NCBI GenBank assembly: GCA_958296285.1 | Contig: OY282459.1 | Span: forward strand, 1,208,336 to 1,272,335 | Length of the DNA stretch: 64,000 bases | Reading direction: 5' to 3' | Origin: an uncultured Alphaproteobacteria bacterium | GTDB lineage: Bacteria > Pseudomonadota > Alphaproteobacteria > JAPOUT01 > G958296285 | In this document: positions 28,716 to 36,858 of the stretch, in pieces | How the letters are laid out: each line of letters starts with the position of its first letter | How positions within the stretch are numbered: position 1 is the stretch's first letter | Notes under the pieces: model-generated | What the model was told of the DNA's origin: nothing | Database searches by the model: none | Seen by the model: only the letters and a program-made list of their open reading frames with translations | Made by a program: the position numbers and the translations under genes

Positions 28716-29759
28716 TCAACCAATTTGACGCATTCTAATCTGAAAGTTGTTTTTCTGCGCTTCTTCTTTAAGAAGAGTCAATGTCTTTTCCTGAATGACG
28801 CTCAAACGCGCCAAAGGCTTTCCGACGGTCAACTTCAAAACCGCTTTGGCGTTTAATTTTTTCCCATCCGCTTCCACATCCTGCAGGTTTGTGTACAGAA
28901 GCATCTTGATAAGGGCGTCTTTGATATCATCAATTGACGGTAATGCGTTTCTCGCGTGCTTTGCCTCTATCAAATGAATATCGGTTCCTTTCAGTTCCAC
29001 TTCATCTGCTGTGAAATAATAAAGGCCGCCAAGATAGTTCTTGATGGTTACGCTTGCCTTAGTTCCCGCAAGACGTTCTTTAGGCTGAACCGTAACAATT
29101 TCTCGCATTTGGGCATCTTTTGCCAATTGACGAGATAGATTCCTGAATTCCTCCGCACCCTTGCGCAATTTCGTGATCCTTCTCTCAAAAGTTTTGTGAG
29201 AATGCATCTCAACCCCGGTCTTCTTTGAAATGGTTTCATAATTTTCCAACGCTCTCTGAACATAAGAGCCGACCCTGTCAATTTCAGACAAATTCCAATG
29301 CAGCGCATCAGATTGATATGACAATATCTCCCTGATTCTCTTCTTTAGGTATCGCGCGTCAAATTGCTGATTTGTGATTTTGTCCGGATGGCGCGCGTTT
29401 CGCTCCGCGCTAGTGTAATAGCCAATGATCGCATATATGCCGATTAAGCTCATCAGTGAAATTGTGTCCCATTGCAAAAAATCTCTGTCTCCCCTTTTGC
29501 CTTCGTCTTTAACGATCGGAATGATCGTGATTCTCCTTCCGGAAAAGGAAAGAGTGTCATACACCCTCGCATAGGGATATGAGCGGGTGCGTTTTGGAGA
29601 CACCCAGCGGCTTACGGCGATTTTATGATCTTTGCCCGCATTCAGATTAAAGACTGAGTTCTTGAGAGCCTCTTCCAAATCCTTGAACGCATAATCCCTC
29701 CGCTCCGCGCAAAGAAGCGGCTTATAGCTAAGCCCTTTGATTTGCGCGGAGATATTCAT
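28716..29759 (-). CDS. Putative type II restriction endonuclease
   Basis: Overlaps the 3' end of the methyltransferase gene. It has a C-terminal PD-(D/E)XK-like motif (FTADEVELKGTDIHLIEAKH). GC is low relative to the flanks. The start MNISAQ at 29759 is assumed; the track ORF extends to 29789. Confidence 0.55.
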   Translation of the reverse strand: MNISAQIKGLSYKPLLCAERRDYAFKDLEEALKNSVFNLNAGKDHKIAVSRWVSPKRTRSYPYARVYDTLSFSGRRITIIPIVKDEGKRGDRDFLQWDTISLMSLIGIYAIIGYYTSAERNARHPDKITNQQFDARYLKKRIREILSYQSDALHWNLSEIDRVGSYVQRALENYETISKKTGVEMHSHKTFERRITKLRKGAEEFRNLSRQLAKDAQMREIVTVQPKERLAGTKASVTIKNYLGGLYYFTADEVELKGTDIHLIEAKHARNALPSIDDIKDALIKMLLYTNLQDVEADGKKLNAKAVLKLTVGKPLARLSVIQEKTLTLLKEEAQKNNFQIRMRQIG

Positions 29760-30600
29760 AATTGTCTGTCTGCCTCGTGATAATCTCAAATTGATCGTTT
29801 CTGTTGCTGAACAAATTGCCTTGTCCGCCGTGGAAGCCCAATTTTTCCTTAATGATGGGCAGGAGAGATTTTTTTATTTCAAAGCCGACGCTGTTTCTTT
29901 CCAGCTCGCGCGCCTTTTTCATGGTCGTGCCGCTGCCCGCGAAGGGATCCAGCACGGTTTCGCCCTTATAGGAGAAGAGTTTGATTGCCCGATAGGGCAG
30001 TTCTTCAGGGAAAGCGGCGATGTCCTTCTCAAGAGGCGAGCCGGGCATGACATTGTTCATTTCCCAAAGCGTCATATACCACTTCTTTTCTTGAAACTCT
30101 TTCGTATCCACTTTGGACGCTTCTCTCACAGATTGAGGAATAGAGCGGTAATTGAATTTCCCCTTCTGGAAGATGATGATGCTTTCAAGCAGGTTGTCGG
30201 GATAAAAATACATAGGATAAGGGTTCTGCAAAACGACTCCGCTACGACGGCTGATTCTCAGATAGCCGTCGGGTTTTTTCCAAATGATTCTATCCCTGTA
30301 TCGGAAGCCTGCCTCTTGAAAGATTTTTGTCGCGTCCGCGACGATCGGAAATTTCTCGCCATCAATCAGCATGTCATCTATGTTCAGCACGACGATCCTG
30401 CCGCTCTGCAGGACGCGGTGCGTTTCTTGGGCGAAATGCCGCAATATGTTGAGATATTGCTCGTAGCTCTTGAACAAGCCCTTATAGTCAAAGGGCGCGT
30501 TGAAGTAGGGGGGCGAGGTCACCATCAGATGGACGCTTCCGCTAGAAAGTTCCGCCATGCTGGTACAGCTGCCGAGAATAAGTTTATGATTCGTTCCCAT
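29728..30600 (-). CDS. Beta-class DNA methyltransferase (N4-cytosine or N6-adenine)
   Basis: Motif IV SPPY lies near the N-terminus and motif I DPFAGSGTT near the C-terminus (IV-before-I order). SPPY favours N4-cytosine. Confidence 0.85.
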   Translation of the reverse strand: MGTNHKLILGSCTSMAELSSGSVHLMVTSPPYFNAPFDYKGLFKSYEQYLNILRHFAQETHRVLQSGRIVVLNIDDMLIDGEKFPIVADATKIFQEAGFRYRDRIIWKKPDGYLRISRRSGVVLQNPYPMYFYPDNLLESIIIFQKGKFNYRSIPQSVREASKVDTKEFQEKKWYMTLWEMNNVMPGSPLEKDIAAFPEELPYRAIKLFSYKGETVLDPFAGSGTTMKKARELERNSVGFEIKKSLLPIIKEKLGFHGGQGNLFSNRNDQFEIITRQTDNYEYLRANQRA

Positions 30601-30669
30601 CTCTGCCGACCGTAGAGATTTTTAAAACTTTCGCAAGAAGAAACCGCATAGTTTGCTGTCGGGGATTGT

Positions 30670-30744
30670 GGGATTTGAACCCCCGACCCCCTGATTACAA
30701 ATCAGATGCTCTACCGACTGAGCTACACCGGCGCGAGAGCGGTT
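30670..30744 (-). pseudogene. Truncated duplicate of tRNA-Thr (positions 1-63 plus 12-nt leader), the right copy of the 75-bp direct repeat
   Basis: Identical to 28572..28646. The sequence that would form the 3' acceptor strand (AATCCCC) cannot pair with GCCGGTG, and the T stem has a mismatch. Confidence 0.8.
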
Positions 30745-31146
30745 TCATCCGGGCAGACGCTCATAACTTGCCACGCCTTCGGGGATTGTATGGAAGGTCT
30801 GTTTGTCTAGCGTGAAGATTGCCATATCCGGCATTCCGAAGATGCTGGGATCGTCCAGCGTTCCGACTTTGATGAAGACGAGCGGCATATTTGGCACACG
30901 CGAGACGATATGGGTTCCGCATGTTCCGCAGAATTCGCGGGTGCTGCCGTTTTCAAGGTCGGCTCGTTTGAAGTGTTTGGGTTCGCCTTTTGTGTATGCG
31001 AAGGAGTCTTCTGGGACGCCCATCAAGACGTTGGGTGATCCGCCTGAGATATATTGGCATTCGCGACAGTGGCATTGTCCTTTCATTGCGGGGTCTCCTG
31101 CTTTGTATTGGAGTTCGCCGCAATAGCATCGTCCTGTGGTTCCCAT
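30745..31146 (-). CDS. GFA (glutathione-dependent formaldehyde-activating / CENP-V-like) family protein
   Basis: Cys-rich pattern CYCGELQY...CHCRECQ...FCGTCGTHI, 133 aa. Confidence 0.8.
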   Translation of the reverse strand: MGTTGRCYCGELQYKAGDPAMKGQCHCRECQYISGGSPNVLMGVPEDSFAYTKGEPKHFKRADLENGSTREFCGTCGTHIVSRVPNMPLVFIKVGTLDDPSIFGMPDMAIFTLDKQTFHTIPEGVASYERLPG

Positions 31147-31302
31147 GATGTTTCCTTTTCTTATAGGGGTTTGATTGAGTGGGGTTATTATTCATGGGGG
31201 TTGCGTTTGATGTCAAGGCGGGCGGCGAGCCGCCGCGGGCATCTTTTGCATGGAGTGGAGTTTGTTTTTGCCGCAGGGGAACTAATGCATAGAAGCTAGA
31301 GG

Positions 31303-31514
31303 TGAAGGGGGGTTTGGGGGGCTAGCCCCCCAAGAAAAACCAAGCGGGCGTAAGCCCGCTATAGTCGGCGGGCGTGGCGCAACGAAGCAAGCGAGGCGAG
31401 CATAGCGAGACGAGCTTGCGAGAAAGCCCGCCGACCCCCCCTGCCGCTTGCATGAGTGGCGGGCTTCGCCCGCCTTGTTTTTTCGCGGGGGGTGTCGCAC
31501 CCCCCGCACCCCCC
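31303..31514. repeat. Palindromic repeat family, locus R4 (near-identical to R3, same orientation)
   Basis: It shares with R3 even the variable loop GTGGCGCAACGAAGCAAGCGAGGCGAGCATAGCGAGACGAGCTTGCGAGAA. Confidence 0.9.
31334..31360 (-). terminator. Intrinsic-terminator-like hairpin inside R4 (minus-strand sense)
   Basis: On the minus strand it reads AGCGGGC-TTAC-GCCCGCT followed by TGGTTTTTCTT. It lies downstream of the minus-strand Sel1 gene. Confidence 0.45.
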
Positions 31515-32111
31515 TTATTTGTCAGAATTTGCGTTAGGTTGCCAGTTCCGCGACAATCTCTGACCTTCGGCAATCTGTTCCTGCGTCATGGACTGTTCCA
31601 GTAAGTTAAGACATACGAGGGCGGATTCATGCCCTCGCGCCGATGCCAAATTGCACCACTTGTAAGCCTTCACATAATCCTTCGGAACGCCCCATCCTAG
31701 ATGATACATCAAGCCGAGAACACCCTGCGCCCATGCGTCGCCCTGATCGGCAGCCTTGCGGTACAAGCGCGCGGCTCTTTGATAATCCTTCGGAACGCCT
31801 TTGCCTTCGTAATACATTCTGCCGAGAAGAACTTGCGCCGATGCGTTGCCCTGATCCGCAGCTTTGTAATACCAGAGCAGAGCTTTCCGATAATCCTTCC
31901 CAACGCCCCAGCCATTGGCATACATCCAGCCGAGAAAGCCCTGCGCCGATGCCTCGCCCTTCTCGGCAAGAGGCAGGCATAAACGATAGGCGGTTTTATA
32001 GTCCTTGCGAACAGCTGCCGCCTCGCAGGAGTCGGCTGAAGCAGGAGGCGCGGCATGAAAAAACGCCAACGCGAAGAGACCCATAAAGAGCGCCGCCCGC
32101 TTATTCATCAT
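31515..32111 (-). CDS. Sel1-repeat protein, secreted
   Basis: Signal peptide and four Sel1 units. It is a close paralog of the N-terminal half of 39533..40906. The stop codon abuts R4. Confidence 0.8.
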   Translation of the reverse strand: MMNKRAALFMGLFALAFFHAAPPASADSCEAAAVRKDYKTAYRLCLPLAEKGEASAQGFLGWMYANGWGVGKDYRKALLWYYKAADQGNASAQVLLGRMYYEGKGVPKDYQRAARLYRKAADQGDAWAQGVLGLMYHLGWGVPKDYVKAYKWCNLASARGHESALVCLNLLEQSMTQEQIAEGQRLSRNWQPNANSDK

Positions 32112-32253
32112 CGCCCTCTTCCATTAACCCTAGCCTAGCCAAGATTATAGCACCTTTTCTCAGCAAGAACTCTTTAGGATTGCGCGAAAAGCCTAGAACA
32201 TCTATTGTCATCAAGACCCTACCATCGCCTCTGGCGCAAAAGAGGAGCGAGAC

Positions 32254-32475
32254 ATGAAGAATCGCGGAGCGACCCTTAAGGATAAGCGGAAAGCAAGCCT
32301 CTTAATCCGATTCTTGAAAGAGTTTGATGCTCATCCTTTGGTGCTTTTTGATCTTGGAGGTGGGAGTTTTGGGCGCTTTGGCAGAGATCACGCTGACGCG
32401 GACGCTTTAACATCGGACATGGCAGCCATCGGACGCGATATGCATAAGGTTCTTGAGAGAATTGACCGAGGATAA
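32254..32475 (+). CDS. Hypothetical 73-aa protein
   Basis: ORF only, with no recognisable motif. It overlaps the next ORF in another frame. Confidence 0.3.
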   Translation: MKNRGATLKDKRKASLLIRFLKEFDAHPLVLFDLGGGSFGRFGRDHADADALTSDMAAIGRDMHKVLERIDRG

Positions 32476-32878
32476 AAATAAAGATCCTTCGGGCGAGAAT
32501 ATCGCGCCATCTTCTCGCAAGGAAGATGGCGTTCCTGCGGTTGTTCGTCAGAGCGCTCATTTTTCGGGCCCCATTCCGCCTCCTCAAATTCTAAAGCAGT
32601 ATGGGGACGTCATGCCCGGCTTGCCTGAAAAGATTGTCGCGAGTTGGGAGGCGGAGCAGAGGCATCGTCGGGGCATGCAGAGCAAAGCGCAGATCATGGC
32701 GTTTATTTTGGTTTTGCTAGCTTTCGGGATCACTGTGTTGTTGATTTTTGAGAGGCAATATATTGCGGCGGGCGTATTTGGGAGTTTTTCCACGTTATTT
32801 GTTGTTCTCGGCGCGGGGTTGTTTAATTATTTCGTTCATCTGCTTCGGGGACGCAGAGCAGCCGACAATGAGGAATGA
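32453..32878 (+). CDS. DUF2335-like membrane protein
   Basis: IPPPQILKQYGDVMPGLPEKIVASWEAEQRHRR followed by two TM helices, the DUF2335 pattern as I recall it. The start codon (TTG) is uncertain. Confidence 0.6.
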   Translation: MRELTEDKNKDPSGENIAPSSRKEDGVPAVVRQSAHFSGPIPPPQILKQYGDVMPGLPEKIVASWEAEQRHRRGMQSKAQIMAFILVLLAFGITVLLIFERQYIAAGVFGSFSTLFVVLGAGLFNYFVHLLRGRRAADNEE

Positions 32879-32905
32879 ATTTTCGCTGTTCCTCTCTGCT
32901 CGCTT

Positions 32906-33052
32906 GAGCTCTTGCGAGCAGGGGGTCGGCGGGCTTCTCGCGGGCTTGCCTACGGCTTCGCCCGCTTCGTTGCGCCACGCCCGCCGACTATTCGGGGGGA
33001 TTCCCCCCGATCCCCCCTTCTTCGCGGGGGGCTTCGCCCCCCACACCCCCCC
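32906..33052. repeat. Palindromic repeat family, locus R5 (right arm only)
   Basis: GAGCTCTTGCGAGCAGGGGG, the GTCGGCGGGC...GCCCGCCGAC hairpin, GGGGGGATTCCCCCC, GGGGGGCTTCGCCCCCC. Confidence 0.9.
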
Positions 33053-33118
33053 TTGACCAAAAACATATTCCCTCCTAACTATATGCAAATCATTCTCACT
33101 CGCAAATAAAGCAACCCC

Positions 33119-33418
33119 ATGCCCCGAACCCTCGCCTACGCCCTCTGCGCCGCGACAACAATCGCCCTCGCCTCGCACGCCCAGGCAGAGGAAGACTGCC
33201 TCGTCCCATACAAAGCCTTCCAAAAATATACCCCCAGCATCGCCCTCCAAACATGCCCCGATTGGACAGACGCCGACAACGGTTTCTGCCGACTCACCCT
33301 AGAAGATGGACGCGCGACAATGTATATCTTTGAGAAAGACAATGGCGAAGCCTGTCTGAAGCGCGCGCGATCATGGTCTGTGGAAGCCTTCTTCAAACGC
33401 TTCGCCGAAGGCTTCTAA
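33119..33418 (+). CDS. Small secreted cysteine-containing hypothetical protein
   Basis: Signal peptide MPRTLAYALCAATTIALASHAQA, four Cys in the mature part, 99 aa. Confidence 0.45.
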   Translation: MPRTLAYALCAATTIALASHAQAEEDCLVPYKAFQKYTPSIALQTCPDWTDADNGFCRLTLEDGRATMYIFEKDNGEACLKRARSWSVEAFFKRFAEGF

Positions 33419-33446
33419 CGACAGAGCGACAGAAGGGGAGGGCAAA

Positions 33447-34907
33447 ATGGCAAAAGAAACGGGAATCTCCGCCTTCGGAGCCTATATTCCGCGTCTGCGT
33501 CTGAAACGACAGGCGGCGGCCATGGCAAACGCATGGCTCGCGCCGGCGCTTATCGCCAAAGCCAAGGGCTTCCGAAGCATGGCGAACTGGGACGAAGACA
33601 GCCTCACCATGGCCGTGGAAGCATGCCGCGATCTCCTCGGACCCGACGACAATCGCGAGCACGTGGATTCGCTCGCCTTCGCCTCCACGACCATGCCCTT
33701 CGCCGACAGACAAAATAGCGCGATTGTCGCCGCCGCGCTGACGCTCAAAGAGGATATGCGCTCTTGGGACGCCAGCGCCTCCATGCGCGCCGGAACGAGC
33801 GCGCTCATCCAAGCCTTCGTCTCAGCGAGGGCGGGCGAGGGCAGCGCGCTTGTCGTGGCGTCTGACAAAAGACGCGCCCGCGCCGCCAGCGCGCAAGAGC
33901 TGGATTACGGCGACGGCGCCGCGGCGTTCTTGGTCGGGCAGGGCGAGGGAATCGCCAAATTTCTCGGATCCCACACGCTCACCGTGGATTTCGCCGATCA
34001 CTTTCGCGGCGCGTCAGAAGAGTTTGATTATCACTGGGAGGAGCGATGGATACGCGATGAGGGTTTCGCCAAACTTGTCCCGCAGACAGTCGGCGCGCTT
34101 TTCAAGAAAACGGGCGCGAAGCCTTCGGACGTGAAGCATTTTATTCTGCCTTGTCCGTTTCCGAGGATTGTCGGGGGGCTGGCGAAAAGCTGCGGCGTTT
34201 CTCCTGACGCGGTTCGGGATTCTTTGGCGGAGGAGGTCGGCGCGACAGGCGCGGCGCATCCGTTTCTGATGCTGGCGCATGCGTTGGAGGAGGCGAAGCC
34301 GGGCGAGAAGATTCTGTTGGCGCAGTTCGCGTCTGGCTGTGATGCGCTTCTTTTTGAGGCGACAAAGGACATAAAGGCGAAAGTTTCGCATCGGCGGGGC
34401 GTATCGGGGCATTTGTCGGAGCGGCAGGAGGAGGAGAACTATATGAAGTTCTTGGTCTTCAATGGTCTCATTGAGTGGGAGAAGGGGATGCGCGCCGAGC
34501 AGGATCGCAAGACGGCTTTGACCACTTTATATCGGAACAGGGAGGCGATTTTGGGTTTGGTGGGCGGCAAATGTTCCAAGACGGGGACGATACAGTTTCC
34601 TCGCACGCGGATATCGGTCAATCCGAATGATCCTGCTGTGGATACGCAGGAGCCTTATAAGTTCGCGGAGCGGAGGGCGAAGATTTTGTCGTGGTCGGGG
34701 GATTATTTGTCGTTTGGGGTCAATCCGCCGAATCACTATGGGATGATGGTTTTTGACGAGGGCGGACGGATTATGATGGACATGACGGATGTTTCGCCGG
34801 GGGAGGTTGAGACGGGGATGTTGGTTCGGATGGTTTTTCGGGTGAAGGATGTTGATGAGAAGCGGGGTTTCACGCGGTATTTTTGGAAGGCTGTGCCTGT
34901 GCGGTAG
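33447..34907 (+). CDS. HMG-CoA-synthase-like (thiolase-fold) domain fused to DUF35-type Zn-ribbon/OB-fold domain
   Basis: The N-terminus GISAFGAYIPRLRL...DEDSLTMAVEA resembles archaeal-type HMGCS. The C-terminus (GGKCSKTGTIQFP...MVFR) resembles DUF35. Confidence 0.7.
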   Translation: MAKETGISAFGAYIPRLRLKRQAAAMANAWLAPALIAKAKGFRSMANWDEDSLTMAVEACRDLLGPDDNREHVDSLAFASTTMPFADRQNSAIVAAALTLKEDMRSWDASASMRAGTSALIQAFVSARAGEGSALVVASDKRRARAASAQELDYGDGAAAFLVGQGEGIAKFLGSHTLTVDFADHFRGASEEFDYHWEERWIRDEGFAKLVPQTVGALFKKTGAKPSDVKHFILPCPFPRIVGGLAKSCGVSPDAVRDSLAEEVGATGAAHPFLMLAHALEEAKPGEKILLAQFASGCDALLFEATKDIKAKVSHRRGVSGHLSERQEEENYMKFLVFNGLIEWEKGMRAEQDRKTALTTLYRNREAILGLVGGKCSKTGTIQFPRTRISVNPNDPAVDTQEPYKFAERRAKILSWSGDYLSFGVNPPNHYGMMVFDEGGRIMMDMTDVSPGEVETGMLVRMVFRVKDVDEKRGFTRYFWKAVPVR

Positions 34908-34929
34908 TTAGGCTCGGCGTTTTGACGCG

Positions 34930-35090
34930 CTCCCGTTAAGGGGGGTTTGGGGGGCTAGCCCCCCAAAAAAAACCAAGCGGGCGAAGCCCGCTATAGTCGG
35001 CGGGCGTGGCGAAACGAAGCGGGCGCAGCGCGTAGCGCAAGCCCGCGAGAAAGCCCGCCGACCCCCCTGAACGCCAAGAGCTCTTGCGAG
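34930..35090. repeat. Palindromic repeat family, locus R6 (left arm)
   Basis: CTCCCGTTAAGGGGGGTTTGGGGGGCTAGCCCCCC, AGCGGGCGAAGCCCGCT, the GTCGGCGGGC...GCCCGCCGAC hairpin, and the centre CAAGAGCTCTTGCGAG. Confidence 0.9.
34965..34992 (-). terminator. Intrinsic-terminator-like hairpin inside R6 (minus-strand sense)
   Basis: On the minus strand it reads AGCGGGC-TTC-GCCCGCT followed by TGGTTTTTTTT. It lies downstream of the minus-strand small ORF 35112..35435. Confidence 0.5.
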
Positions 35091-35111
35091 CGGGGAAATC
35101 TTGTTGAGGCT

Positions 35112-35435
35112 TCACCCGAACATGATTCGGATGAAAGCCATCGCCATAAGACCCAATATCCCTCCGCACATCCATTTTAGCAGGGTGATGTCGGCTCGGA
35201 CTTCTCCGAGGCCTTTTTGCATCTCGGCTCGGAGTTCTCCGGAGTTTTTTTCCATTTCGGCTCGGATTTCTCCGAAGCCTTTTTCCATGTCGGCTCGGAG
35301 TTCTCCGATTTGCACTTCCATACGCCGCAACCGCGCTTCTTCGCGGACGTTTTCTATGGCTTCTACGGCGGCGGTGGCTTTGGCGTCATCCACATTCGCG
35401 GCTTTGAGCGCGTCATAGACTGCGACAAGGCTCAT
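35112..35435 (-). CDS. Small tail-anchored coiled-coil protein (DUF1640-like, from memory)
   Basis: Repetitive LRADMEKGFGEIRAEMEKNSGELRAEMQKGLGEVRADI followed by the C-terminal TM WMCGGILGLMAMAFIRIMF. It sits between inverted arms R6 and R7. Confidence 0.55.
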   Translation of the reverse strand: MSLVAVYDALKAANVDDAKATAAVEAIENVREEARLRRMEVQIGELRADMEKGFGEIRAEMEKNSGELRAEMQKGLGEVRADITLLKWMCGGILGLMAMAFIRIMFG

Positions 35436-35535
35436 GGTTTTCTCCTTCGAATGGTATCTGTGTAGCAGTTTTCTGTCTCACCCGCAATTTCCTAACGAGA
35501 GAAAGAGAAAAAAGCGCCCCACGCGCCCCATGCCG

Positions 35536-35705
35536 CAAGAGCTCTTTTAGCAGGGGGGTCGGCGGGCTTTCTCGCGGGCTTGCGCTGTCGCGCTTCGCCC
35601 GCTTCGTTGCGCCACGCCCGCCGACTTTTCGGGGGGGATTCCCCCCCGATCCCCCTCTTTTTTTGGGGGGCTAGCCCCCCAAACCCCCCTCCACGGGAGC
35701 AAGCC
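35536..35705. repeat. Palindromic repeat family, locus R7 (right arm)
   Basis: CAAGAGCTCTTTTAGCAGGGGGG, the long hairpin, GGGGGGGATTCCCCCCC, GGGGGGCTAGCCCCCC, CACGGGAGCAAGCC. Confidence 0.9.
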
Positions 35706-35728
35706 AAAACTCCTATAATCATAAAACT

Positions 35729-36775
35729 ATGAAAGAAAATATCCGCCCAGCCCTCCTCACCCTCTCCATCAGCGCATTCCTCTGCGCCGCGCCATCCGCC
35801 CGCGCCAACCCCTGCTCAGAGGCCTATGAAAGCGACAAACGCAAAGAAACAAAAAAAGCCTACAGCCTCTGCCTGCCCCTCGCCGTGGAAGGAGACGCCG
35901 AAGCCCAAAAAAACCTCGGATGGCTCCACGCCCACAGCAACCTCGTAACCCAAGATGACGACGTCGCCGTCTATTGGCTCCGCAAAGCCGCGAAGCAAGG
36001 CAATGCGACGGCAGAATATCTCCTCGGCGGAATGTATGAGGACGGCAGAGGAGTCCCGAAAAATAACGAGAAAGCCATGCGATGGTATCTCAAAGCCGCG
36101 AAACAAGGCCAGGCTCTCGCGGAAAATGAACTTGGCTGGATCTATCATAAAGGCACGATCGCCCCGCAAGATTACGCGAAAGCCCTGCGATGGTATCGCA
36201 AAGCCGCCAAGCGTGGCGATGAATGGGCGCAATTTCATCTGGGCAAGATGCTTGAAGAAGGCGAAGGCGTGGAGCAAGATTTCGCCGAAGCCGCGCGCCT
36301 CTATCGCCAAGCGGCGAAGCAGGGCTTGGCATGGGCGCAGTTTCATCTGGGCATGATGTATCAAAAAGGCAAGGGCGTTCCAAAAGACGCGGCGAAAGCC
36401 ATCTTCTGGTATCACGAAGCCGGCAATAAAGGGTGGTCGGAGGCGATCCACGCCCTAGGCGCGATGCACGACAAAGGAGACGGCGTCAAACAGGACAAGG
36501 AGAAAGCCCTTGAATGGTATGGGATAGCCGCTCAGCGAGGCTACGCGGAGTCGCAATATGCGCTCGGCGTGATGCATCGGGACGGCGAGAGCGTGGAGCA
36601 AGATTTGGTGGAAGCGCATAAGTGGATCGGGCTCGCGTCTCCGCACATGAAAAAGGCTCTCAAGGAACTCCTCCTCCTGCAAAAGCAAATGACGCGCGCC
36701 CAAATCGCCGAAGCGCAAGCTCTCGCCCGCGAATGGCACAAAGGTCGGAATGGCAAAGGAAGCGAACCTCCATAA
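35729..36775 (+). CDS. Sel1-repeat protein, secreted (348 aa)
   Basis: Signal peptide and about eight Sel1 units (..A..WY.KAAKQG.A.A...LG.MY..G.GV..D). Confidence 0.85.
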   Translation: MKENIRPALLTLSISAFLCAAPSARANPCSEAYESDKRKETKKAYSLCLPLAVEGDAEAQKNLGWLHAHSNLVTQDDDVAVYWLRKAAKQGNATAEYLLGGMYEDGRGVPKNNEKAMRWYLKAAKQGQALAENELGWIYHKGTIAPQDYAKALRWYRKAAKRGDEWAQFHLGKMLEEGEGVEQDFAEAARLYRQAAKQGLAWAQFHLGMMYQKGKGVPKDAAKAIFWYHEAGNKGWSEAIHALGAMHDKGDGVKQDKEKALEWYGIAAQRGYAESQYALGVMHRDGESVEQDLVEAHKWIGLASPHMKKALKELLLLQKQMTRAQIAEAQALAREWHKGRNGKGSEPP

Positions 36776-36858
36776 ACAGATCGCCTCTTGCCACGATCGC
36801 AAAAAATGCTAGACTCCTCGCCACCCGAACCCTGCCAAAACAAAGAGGGAGAAACATC

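Noticed and set aside
30670-30744. A second functional tRNA-Thr gene.
   Set aside because: Only positions 1-63 are duplicated. The following bases cannot form the acceptor stem, and the T stem gains a mismatch. I call it a truncated duplicate.
27161-32878. A prophage remnant, suggested by the Bor-like lipoproteins, R-M system and DUF2335.
   Set aside because: There are no capsid, tail, terminase, integrase or repressor genes. The genes are individually mobile-associated but do not form a phage module.
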